From Octopus bimaculoides (taxonomy: Eukaryota), in assembly GCF_001194135.2 (NCBI RefSeq), contig NC_068986.1:22282536-22346535 (forward strand): 64,000 bases of DNA, read 5' to 3'. This document shows positions 38,685 through 50,270 of the stretch, piece by piece (the first letter of the stretch is position 1; each line of letters opens with the position of its first letter). The notes under the pieces were generated by a model. The model was given only the letters and a program-made list of their open reading frames with translations. It ran no database searches and was not told the DNA's origin. The translations under genes and the position numbers were made by a program.

Positions 38685-38900
38685 TGTCGAACTGGCAGCA
38701 TCGTTAACACACCGGACAAAATGCTTAGCGGCATTTCGTCCGTCTTTACTTTGTGAGCTTAAATACTGCCAAAGTCGACTTTGCCTTTCATTCTTTCACG
38801 ATCAGGGAAATAAGAATCAGTTGAGCATTAGGGTCGATGTAATAGATTAGCTTCTCTCCCAAAATTTCAGGCCTTATACCAAGAGGAAAAAAGATTGTTA
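38685..38900 (+). mobile_element. SINE family A
   Basis: actggcagcatcgttaacac..gtcgactttgcctttcattc..aatttcaggcctt. Other single copies at about 41385-41590(-), 51968-52178(+) and 59450-59665(+). Confidence 0.85.
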
Positions 38901-40646
38901 CAATGGTCAAGAACTGAATGCAGCTGATGAGATAACAAATGAAATTTTGAAACGTATTTCAAGTAAATATTTTGCATGCTCTGAACCCACAGTACTAGAT
39001 AATGTTAAAATATGCACATACAAGCGTGAGGACAACGTATACATGCTGTCTGCTCTGCACAACAGCAGGAGAACAGGGTGTTGTCAACAGAAATTATGTA
39101 AACACAAGCTAGAGTAAATACAAAAACACATTGTGAATCAATAAATTTTTTATATACAACAAATCGAAGAGACAATAATAGTTAGTTGAAATTACCTGAT
39201 CAAAATACGTTATTGTTATTAAAAACTGAAAGGATACCAACATAATTCTTTGATTGCCCTATAATTATTGGTGCTACTACATTATTTTTCCACCTACCTC
39301 ACTGTGGGTAGATTGGAAACTGTCCCCTTGCATATTGCAACTAACCTCACGGTAAGGTAATTTGGAACGTTTAGACTTTTTTTTCAGGAATCTCCCCCAA
39401 GCCTCTGTTGAACGTGTCTGTTAAGTTTGTAGTTCACATGCATAAATAAAACAGATGATGTTGAAGATTCATCAGTATAATCATAAGCTAAATATAAACG
39501 ACTTAGTAAATGTCTTCCGACTAACCCACCACTTTCCTTCAGATTGTCTGAAGCCTCCATGCAGTTGTTTGAACTGCTAGAAAGAATAGCCCTTAAAATG
39601 TAGCCTACCATTTTAAAACAGTAAAACACACACACGCACACGCACACACACACACACACACAGAGTGGATAATCATGTTTACACTAATGATAAAAACGAA
39701 AATGATGGGATGGCCACAGCCGGACTATCTTAGATTGTGGTTTCCCCTCCACACACAATTTCTTCACTTCAGAAAACCTAAAGAATAGCTCTTAAAGGGA
39801 CAAGACATGAAAGCACACTGGATAATCCTAGAAACACTGTATATAAAATCGAAAAAGATGGGATGATCACAGCTGGAGGGTCTTTGATCGTAGGCTTGCT
39901 CAATGTCAAAGCTGACCTGGTTATAAACAGCGACTACGACAACAACCACGTCGACGATAAAGAAAGCCTATCAATAAATAATGCCCGACAAAAAAGTCGA
40001 CTTTTGGCGGCAACGGAGCATTGCTGTAGGTATTTTGAGAATGTTGATCAACAAGGTGAACTGAGAACACAGACAGACACACATACGTAAGTGTGTGAAA
40101 CACCGGCCTGACCAGAAATAGCTGTAGTAACATTGACACAGAAAGATGTGAAGCATCTGACGTGGGTGTAGTTTGCTGCACTGTCTGTCTGCTACTTAAT
40201 TATCTATGGCTGCATATATTGATGGATTTAGGGTTGTGTCAGCGTGCACATGTGTGCGTGTGGGTATATGTCGGTAAGTAATAAATCAGTGCAGAAATGT
40301 GTTGGCAGAGGGGGGTCAGCATCGTGCAGTATTTGATTAAATCTATTTTTTTTAATATATATATGATATATTCTTCTCACTCTGCTGTTGGTTTCAGTTG
40401 GCTGTAAATTCTATTACATAAAACCGATAACTCCAAATATGTAATCCAGATTCTTTACTTGAGATACACATATATGCGCGGGCGCAACACCATACACAAG
40501 CACATACATCCATACACGCATACATACATACATCCATACACACATGCATGCATACACATACATACACACAAATGTGTTTGTGTGTATGTGTATATGTATA
40601 TATATTTAAACATATGTATGTATATACACACACACACACACATTGC

Positions 40647-40704
<58 letters not shown>

Positions 40705-41592
40705 ATGTGTGTGTGTAAATATATATATATATATATAGCAGTGGCATTTTTTGCTGTTGTTGATAAGCAATTTATTGTTACAGTATACTTGATTACATAA
40801 ATATTCCACATTAAAATATAAATCCAAAAGAGAAGAAAATATAACCATGAATGAGGAAAAAAAAAAACAACATGAATTCAATACTAGATGGCATTTTCTC
40901 TCTGAATAGAAAAATGTGCAATGTATTTCACAGATAAATGATCGCAAATAAATCAAATATTAATTTTTACGAGAGACGATTGGGAAGACAGTACATGGTT
41001 TATGTACTCTACCTCTATTATATGGCTTTGATTTTTAACATTGCATCATCATCATCATCATCATCACTATTTAATGTTTGATTTTCCTTCTGGCATGGGC
41101 TGAATGAGTTGACTGGATTCAACGAGTTGGAGGACCTCGTTGTACTGCAGTGTCCAGTTTTGGTATAGCATCTATGGCATGATGTCCTTCCTAATGCCAA
41201 CTCTTTTTCAGTGTGTATTGGATGCCCGTTTTGTGGGACTATCACTGGTGAAATTGCCTTGCAACTTGCAAGACGAAAGGGCCAAGCATAGGACAGAGAG
41301 AGACACAGACAGAGAGAGAGAGAGAGAGAGGGTAATGGTACATGATTGCATATATATATATATATATATATATAATAATTATTTCAAATTTTTGCCACAA
41401 GGGCAGCTTGGAGGAGGTGAGGATGAGTCGATTACAACGACCCCAGTGTTCAACTGGAACTTATTTTATCAACCTCGAAATAATGAAAGGCAAAGGTGAC
41501 CTTGATAGAATTTGTATTCAGAACATAGTGACGGGTGAAATACCACTTAGTATTTCGTCCAGTGTGCTCTCGATTCAGCCAGCTTGCTTTCT

Positions 41593-41629
<37 letters not shown>

Positions 41630-41649
41630 GTATGTGCATATGTATATAT

Positions 41650-41700
<51 letters not shown>

Positions 41701-41898
41701 TATATACATACATATATACACACATGAATGTTGAATTGTGTTGAACAAAAGAGAGAGGTGTCCTCAATACATGTAGAGAATATGGTTTCTGGAATTTGGA
41801 TTTTTATCATGCAACTCGTGTATCACATGACTGTAATTTTCAGGCAGGAACTATTACAACTCAGTCACTGCAGTTTATCATGGAGAAAAAATACTCAC

Positions 41899-41994
41899 TT
41901 AAGATAAAATGGTGTTGAAAACTTTTGGATAAAGGAAGCTTTGCTTTGTAGACAGTCCGGAATTGCATTTCATGGTATCTGGTGCTGAAGAGAA
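41899..41994 (-). other. Candidate 96-bp internal exon (phase 1/1)
   Basis: tctctttag|TTCTC..TCTTAA|gtgagtat. The open frame is LFSTRYHEMQFRTVYKAKLPLSKSFQHHFIL. No homology recognised. Confidence 0.2.
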
Positions 41995-43836
41995 CTAAAG
42001 AGATCAGAATGCATCCTTTAGTTTTGTAAAGAGTGCTCTGAACTGACAATGGTATTTTCACACCTCCTTTTCTTAAGCATGATATTTTTCTCTTTAATAA
42101 ACTGCAATGAAAAGCCTTTACAGGTTCAAATATCTCACAAGCATATTTATACTGGTCTTAAGTTTATATATATATGTGTGTGTGTGTATGAATGTGTGTG
42201 TGTATGTATGAGTGTGTGTATGAATGTGTGTGTGTGTGTGTGTAAAGAATTATGTATAATTCATTATGGAACATGTATTGTTGGAATTGTTGGTTTTCAG
42301 GTGTGTGTATGTGTGTTTGCTGTGTGTTTCTGTCTTGGAAAGTTCCTCCGGCAGGAGTTATAGTGTTTTTCAGCTTGTCTCACTTGTTATCCTCTTGCCT
42401 TATAGATTATTCTTGTTTGTAAACAGTCTCCGCATAATGGCTATGTCCTTGTTCTGGTAATGTTGTGTGAGTATGCAAGTGTGCATTGTGTTTTATGGAT
42501 TTATTTGTTTTTTGTTGTTTTTTTTTTTTGAGCTATTGAAACTAACACTAAATTTGCTGCAGGTGCACAAAAGACATAATATTACTAAACAACAACATAC
42601 CGAAAGAACATGCAACATGTGCCTGGAAACTCATGTAGCTACACAAGATGAAGGTCACTGCGGCATAAACCTGAAGATCAAAAACAACAATTCAATTTCA
42701 TTAAGCTATGTCGTCATCATCATTGTCATTGTTGTCATCGTCACCACCACCACCACTACCAACATCATCATCATCATCATCATCATCATCGCCACCACTC
42801 GCCCTCCCCCCATCATCATCATTTAACATCCACTTTTCAATGCTTGCATGAATCAGATGGAATTTGTCGAGGCAGATTGATATTCAATGGTCAGATGCCT
42901 TTCTTGTAACTAACTTTCACCAGTTTCCCAGCGAGATGATATTTTCCCCTGGACAGACACGGTTTCCATGGAGAACTGGAAATGACCACCTTTGCTTGTA
43001 TGATAATGACACTCCTTAACAACTATCACTCGATGATGTCTAGACAACGGTATACACACACACACACACACAATGATAGACTTCTTTCAGATCCCTTCTA
43101 CCAAATCCACTCACAAGGCTTCGCTTGCCTTGGGTTATTGTCGAAGATACTTGCCCAAGGATCCACATGGTGGGTCTGAACTGCTCCCGACTAGTACCTT
43201 GTGGCCATAATGTCCCAGGTACAATCCCTAACTGTGACATCTTGTGCAAATGTCATTTTCTATAGCCACAGGCTAATCCTCACACCCTGAGAGTGCAATT
43301 GGGGAGACGAAAACTATGTTGAAGCTCATTGGTTTCTATAAGCATTGAAAGTGGCCTTGAAATGATGATGGTATGTATATGAATATGTATTTATAAGTAT
43401 ATAGGGTATGTACATCAATACAGCCAAGAAGTGCAAAACAGTACTGAATGTCAAGGAGCAAGAGTTAATTATAGTTTGTAACAGATGACACATCGCTTCC
43501 TATTTCACATCTCTGATCATCAGACTGAAGTGTGTGTATGTGTGTGTGTGTGTGCATGTGTATATATTCTGTTCTTTTATTCGTTTGCTTGTTTCAGTCA
43601 TTTGACTGAGGCCATACTGGAGGACCACTTTAAAGGGTTTTTTTAGTTGAAAGAAATCAAATCCCAGGAGTTATTCTTTGTAAGCCTAGAACTTATTCTA
43701 TCAGTCTCTTTTGCTGAACCACTAAGTTGCAAGGACACAAATACACCAACATTGGTCGTGAAGAGATGGTGTGGGGATAAACATAGACACACACATAAAT
43801 ATACACTTATTTATATGATGATGACACACTGGCCAT

Positions 43837-44853
43837 TTGCTAGATAGGCTCAGAAAGGACCTCACCATGAACTCCCTTGGACTGAAGGTCATGATAGAAA
43901 CCAACCTGAAAACAGTAGATATCCTTGATGTGACTCTAGACCTGGAATCTCACACTTATAGGCCCTTTAGGGAGCCAAATGTGAAGCTGTCTTACATTAA
44001 CACAGGTTCCTGCCATCCAGCCATAGTGTTCAGGAACCTGGTTAAGGGCGTCAGCAGGAGAATCTCCAGTTTATCTTCAAGCAAAGAGATCATTGATGCT
44101 GCTGCCTTGTACTACAACCAGGCTCTGGCTGTCAGTGGTTTCAAGGATAGTATTGGTCACATGCCAGACCCTAGCCACAACAAGAGAATGCACCACGGGA
44201 AAGTGCTGTGGTTCATACCACCCTTCTCTTTAAACATTAAGACCAGAGTAGGTAAGATCTTCCTTAGTTTAGTTGATAGGCACTTCCCCCATACTAATAG
44301 ATACAATAAAATATATAGTAGACATACCCCGAGACTATCCTTTAGCTGTGCACTTCGTGTAAAAAAGATTTTAGCAGGTAGGCTCACACCTGAGGCAGAG
44401 GCAGGATGCTCATGCAGAGGTAACATGACTTGTCCACTGAATGGCTACTGCAACATGGAGACAGTAGTATACGAGGCAGAAGTAACAGCCGCTGGACCAA
44501 ATGGACAACCGAGCATATGGAAGTATGTGAGGGACAATGGAAGGCCTTTTCAGAACCCACTTTAATAACGACAAGTCCTCATTCAACATCCCAGAGGGAT
44601 GTAAAGCAACAGCCAAACACATTTGGTCTTTGAAAGAAAGCACCACGGAGTACAGCATAAAGTGGAAGATCCTGGAAAAATGCATGCCATACTTCAATAG
44701 CAGCAGGAAGTGCAAGCTATGCTGGCTGAGAAGTGAGCCATTTTAAAGGGTACTCAACACTCGGATGTTTACTTGAATAGCAAGAGTGAGGTGTTTGATC
44801 CCTGCCCACATGGAAGCAAATACATTCTATCATACCTGCACACCCCAACATGA
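43837..44853 (+). mobile_element. Penelope-like retroelement, 5'-truncated (RT C-terminus/thumb plus GIY-YIG endonuclease), frameshifted
   Basis: VDILDVTLDL..YRPF..YINTGSCHP (PLE RT end), WFIPPFS..VGKIFLSLVDRHFP, CSCRGNMTCPLNGYC, VVYEAEV..KYV, then in shifted frames KHIWSLK..IKWKIL..CKLC and YLNSKSEVFDPCPHGSKYIL. Confidence 0.9.
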
Positions 44854-44934
44854 TTACAACCACAGGTCCCCGTCCTCGGCCTTCCACCAATGCCCTCAGG
44901 CCTGGCAAAGAGTTTGACTAAAGCACACACCAAT

Positions 44935-44983
<49 letters not shown>

Positions 44984-45632
44984 GCAAGGCAGACACCCCA
45001 CACAATGGACTGTCTCCCACCCATGCCAACATATACTCCTTCACACACATTGTATCCCCCACACATATATAAACCCCCAGGCACACACATTATATACAGC
45101 ACATCATTTACAGAAGGATAACAGACCAATGAACACAGCCATATACACTTTCAACTCTGGAAAAAATTATGAACATGACACCATTACACATATCACACAC
45201 GCCATCCCCACAGGAGCACCACACTTAATAATGCACACTTTCACCACAAACGCTTTAAGATGACTCTTACCAGCCTCACAGCATTCTCACTAAGGGGCAT
45301 AATTTCTAACCTAATCCCCTGGCCTTTTTTCGTTTCACCACCCTTTTTCACAGAAGCTGCTGACAGGTTGTGTTCATCCACCTCCGACAATAGAGAGTAG
45401 TCACCATATTCCCTTCTGTATCAGCTAACTCTGATGAGTGTAAGGTTATATAATAGGATTGTTACATAACACCCTATTGTATTGTCTTTATTTGTCTTTT
45501 GAAGTTGAAATATGTCACAAACATTTTAACTAACCTAAAGTTTGCTTGTGTCTAAACACTGCTTGGTAGTGACGCTGCTGAATATATAGATGTGTACATA
45601 CATGTGTGTGCAGTTATTTGTGTGTATATATG

Positions 45633-45665
<33 letters not shown>

Positions 45666-46084
45666 TTGTTACATAACAAAAACTGAATCTTTGGGTTGAA
45701 AACATTCCTGGCAATAACACCTGGTAATTCATTGTCAGAATTTCTTTAATTGCCATTAAGCCACGAGGAATAATGAAGCATGTTTTTCTTTTACATACCT
45801 GCATATGAAGACTCTGCACGTGGTATGTCATTTGTCTCAATGTACCAATATAAATCTTGTGAAGAAGCAGAAATACTAGACTGTTTGCTTAGATAACTTT
45901 ACAGTATTTGATTACATCATTTTGTGTTTTGAGTTGAAGTTCTGCTTCGTTTGATTCTGCCTTTCATCTCTCAGTAGTTGACGAATAAGTACCAGTACCA
46001 GTTATATCCTGTAAATTCTGCTTTTTTTCTCTGTTTCTCAGATTTGTAGCTTTATAGAAATGTGCTAATATAAGAAGTTCCTGG

Positions 46085-46275
46085 CTTTAAGGGTATTGTG
46101 AATGGCCTGGCTGGAAGATCAAACTTCCAAATTCTTTTACAGGGATCTGAAAAACTGAAGGACCACTGCAATAGGTGTGTGAATCATAGAGGGGAATATG
46201 TTGAATAAAATCATAATTAACTGATCCTCCTGTATTTTCTTTTACTCAAATCCAGAAACTATTCAGCACCCCTCA
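46085..46275 (+). mobile_element. Mariner 3' end with TIR
   Basis: WLEDQTSKFFYR.. then a decayed RCVNHRGEYVE* terminus. The TIR is ccagaaacttattcagcacccctca. Confidence 0.7.
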
Positions 46276-46276
46276 C

Positions 46277-46308
<32 letters not shown>

Positions 46309-46373
46309 TATATATGTGTGTGTGTAAAGTTTACATACATACAAACACACACACACATACATATATATATATA

Positions 46374-47116
46374 TTGGGTCATCCCATAAATAATGTGGTT
46401 ATTTTATACTTCTATTATTTTTCAAAACAAGGAAAGTTGAGCAGAGAATCTGCATCAAATTTTGTCAAAAGCTTGGCGATACCTGCTCAGAGACCTATGC
46501 AAAGTTTTCAAAAACTTTTCATTGTTCTTGCCACAATCAAGGAGATCTTGTGCAACTGAAGCCCAAGTGCCTTTTTGCTTAGCTGAAAGCAGTTTTGGTA
46601 GAAACTTGGCAGACATGTGTCTCATACCCAAATCTTCAGTGATAATGGACTGAGCTGAAACATAACTGGTCTGCACATCCTCTGATAACTCATGGATAGT
46701 GATTTGAGAATTTTCCCTCACAGCTACATGCACATCTGTGATATTTTTCGCAGTTCTGCTAGTTGCAGGTCTCCCAGTATGTTCATCAATATCAACATTT
46801 TTCCAGCCATCTTGGAAACATCTGAATCACTCATACACTTGTGTGCAGCTCATACACTCCTCTCCATACACTTTGCTCAGGCCTCTGAGCAGGTATCACC
46901 ATGTCAAATTTCACTGTGATGGTCAATGCAACAATCACACACTACACACCTTCCTTCCAAGCACTGCTGTAAACAGCAGAAGTGAGCTAGAATGTTAAAA
47001 CTTAGTGTGCATGCACAGCTGAGTTGAAGGTCAATCTTTGTTAAGTGGCTTCACACTGCATGCTTTAGCTATGTTACAATGACAACAGTCCGGATACTTA
47101 TCGACCAGACCTCTCG
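46374..47116 (-). mobile_element. Rearranged mariner 5' half with an inverted N-terminal duplicate
   Basis: Minus strand: VYGEECMSCTQVYE..GRPATSRT..EDLGMRHMSAKFLPKLLS, with TIR cgagaggtctggtcgataagtatccgg at 47116. Plus strand 46374-46506: ttgggtcatcccataaata, then KVEQRICIKFCQKLGDTCSETYAK. Confidence 0.8.
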
Positions 47117-47141
47117 CTCGTTCTGTCTGTCTGTCAGTCTG

Positions 47142-47203
<62 letters not shown>

Positions 47204-47205
<2 letters not shown>

Positions 47206-47745
47206 AGGTTATTCAAAAAGAATGATCTGGTTTCATTATGCAATATTTTAATAAGTGAAAGCAATAAAAAACTCCAGCTAAGTCACAAGTATTTACTCAC
47301 AATCAACTTTTATTTCCTATCTTACAAGTGTTTAATGTGGCCACCACTTGCAGCGTGGGCAACATCAATACGATAAGAGAATTCCTCCCAGACACGTATC
47401 AGCATATTACGATCCACTGAGTTGATTTCAGTTGTTATTCGATGTTTAAGGTTAGTGGGTAGCGGTGGAGTTTTCTAAGTTTTGAATGGCTGCCACGAGA
47501 GCGCTGTAGTCAATCAACAGTGATCAACTCAGTGGATCGTGATATGCTGATACGCATCTGGGAGGAATTCTCTTATTGCATTGATGTTGCCCATGCTGCA
47601 AGTGGTGGCCACATTGAACACTTGTAAGACAGGAAATAAAAGTTGATTGTGAGTAAATATTTGTGACTTAGCTGGAGTTTTTTATTGCCTATCCTTATTA
47701 AAATATTGCGCAATGGAATCAGTTCATTCTTTTTGAATAACCCTG
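47204..47745. mobile_element. Foldback element made of two inverted rosa-like transposon 3' ends
   Basis: 224-bp arms (47204-47427, 47522-47745), roughly 90% identical by eye. Each encodes ..WEEFSY.IDVAHAASGGHI.HL* plus a TIR cagggttattcaaaaag. Flanked by TA-rich repeats. Confidence 0.9.
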
Positions 47746-48329
47746 TATGAATATATATATATATATGACACCAACGGCTATCTGTCTTTCTTTCTTCCAC
47801 TTCCTTCCTAATGACAAGACGTGCTTTTGCCTGTCTCTTCTCAAAGCTCGTTTTCCAGCGTTCACCACTTCACCTTGTCTTGGCTGTCCTGTTTTTGCTA
47901 CCACTTAACCCTCCACAAAAAATCCCAAATTTTATTTAATTTGCTTTATGGGAAGGACTGTTTTATCGAAGTCGTGTCTTGTCCTTACCTTTGAAATGCG
48001 GAGTAGATAAAACAAGGGACAATGGATGAAGGGAATGTTCTTTATGTTGCCCTGTCTCATTTCTCTATTTGTTTCTTTTGTTGTTAAAAAAAAACTTTGT
48101 TTTCTGTCTTTTTGTTTTTTTATGTTCTCGTTTCTCATTTTGTTCATGTTTTTTGATGTCCTGTACTCATATATGCATGTATATATACATATATATGTAG
48201 GTATGTACATATATGTATATATATATGCATATATTTATATATTATTTACATTATATATTTATATATAGATGTAAAAGAATAGGCAAACACCAGGTATCAG
48301 TTCATATTATGACTATGTATACACTCTAG

Positions 48330-48470
48330 GAGTGGTTGGTGTTAGGAAGGGCATCCAACTGTAAAAACTCTGCCAAATCAGATTGGAGCCTGGTGTAGCC
48401 ATCTGGTTCGCCAGTCCTCAGTCAAATTGTCCAACCCATGCTAGCATGGAAGATGGACGTTAAACGATGA
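48330..48470 (+). mobile_element. RTE LINE 3' end
   Basis: aggaagggcatccaactgtaaaa..ccaacccatgctagcatggaagatggacgttaaac+(GAT)n. Confidence 0.75.
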
Positions 48471-48897
48471 TGATGATGATGATGATGATGATTTATACAA
48501 CACATAGAGAGAAACAAATGCCTTAAAGACTTTCAATCACAAGAGATCAATAAAAGTTCCATCATTCAGGAATGTACATTCTGGTTGTAGTATATTAATA
48601 TAAGTATGAATGTGTGTGTGTATGTGTGCATTTATAGATAGATGGATAGATAGATAGATAGATAGATACACGAACACATGCACATGTAATGGCCCATATA
48701 TATTTGTATCCTCTTACCTGCTATTTCTCATAAGAAGGAAAGATTTATATCAAAAGTAGGTTTGTTATTTGCATTAATCTTTTTTTCTTCTTTTATCTTA
48801 GGCATACATTGCATGCTTTGCATTCAAGGAGGAAGTGGCATGATATCTATACATAAAAACAGTAGTGGTATTAGTGGTGGTAGTGGTGGTAGTAGTC

Positions 48898-48933
<36 letters not shown>

Positions 48934-48934
48934 A

Positions 48935-49310
48935 TTATTTCATTTATAGGCCACTAGGGCCGACATAATGGGGACAATACACTAGATGGGGACAGTGGGG
49001 GTTTTACACAAAACAAGGACCAAACAATTAGGAAAACAATAACAATAAACATTAAACAAGAAAAATAGTGGGGATGACCACCCGGGGTTGGCTTAGGTAT
49101 CCCACCAACCCTGAACCACCCAATGCTTTGAGGTAAATTTGAATTTACCTAGGGCTAAACAACAATTACTCCCAATTACTCTTAAAGCTGAAAGAATTTA
49201 ACCATATATTCTTCAGATGGCATTTTAACCACTTAAATACCAACCTGCCTGAGACTGTCCTAGATCTATAATATAAACTTCCTGTTTTAAAGTAATCTAA
49301 GTTAGTCTCC
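48935..49310 (-). mobile_element. Possible L1/Tx1-like LINE 3' end
   Basis: The minus strand has a decayed coding-like stretch (YFKTGSLYYRSRT..FKWLKCHLKNIW) followed by a pyrimidine-rich UTR. It lies between (GTA)n and (CA)n. Confidence 0.35.
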
Positions 49311-49318
49311 CATCACTA

Positions 49319-49374
<56 letters not shown>

Positions 49375-49529
49375 ACTTTAGTCGGTCCCTTCCCCTCAGA
49401 AACTCAGAAAAACAGCTGTCTGAAACTCCTTCCTTTTTTTATATTTTTTCTCTACCAGCATCAACTTAGGGAAATTCAAATTAGACATTGACTGCATCAG
49501 TCTGAAAGTGCTTACAATATGGACATTGC

Positions 49530-50270
49530 TCTAAGGCATTGAGCCGGCAGAAATGTTAGCACATCAGGCGAAATGCTTAGTGGTATTTTGTCTGTCTTTA
49601 CACTCTCAGTTCAAATTCTGCCAAGGTCAACTTTGCTGTTCATCTTTTTGGGGTTGATAAATTAAGTACTGGAGTCGATCTAATTGACTGGCCCCCTCCC
49701 CAAGACTTTCGGGCCTTGTGCCTAGAATAGAAAAGAATATGGACACTACTCTTTCTTCTACGACTAAACTATACATTTTTGGCCATGTATTAATATGAGC
49801 AAGCATCATCATTATTATGATGATAATTAAAAAAGCAGCGAGCTGGCAGAATCGTTAGCACGCTGGATGAAATGCTTAGCGGTGTTTCGCCTGTCGTTAC
49901 ACTCTGAGTTCAAATTCCGCTGAGGTTCACTTTGCCTTTCATCCTTTCAGTGTTGACAAATTAAGTACCAGTTGTGTACTGAGGTCGATCAAATTGACTA
50001 GCCCCCTCCCCCAAAATTTCAGGCCTTGTACCTATAGTAGAAAAGATGATGGTGATGATTAAAGTGACAAGCTAGTAAAACTGTTACAAGAGTTGGACAA
50101 AATATCCTGTAGTTTTGTTCCATTCTCTTTATATTCTGTATTCATATCCTGCTGAGGTCAACTTTGCCTGTCATCCTTTTGAGGTCAATAGAATAAAGTT
50201 CTGGTGGGTATGGTATTAACTAGTCCCCATCCCCTCAAAACTACTGACCTTGTGCCTATTTCAGAAACCA
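49530..50270 (+). mobile_element. Three tandem SINE family A copies (49530-49740, 49835-50045, 50065-50270)
   Basis: Three colinear copies of differing divergence, separated by ATG/ATT-rich linkers. Confidence 0.85.
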
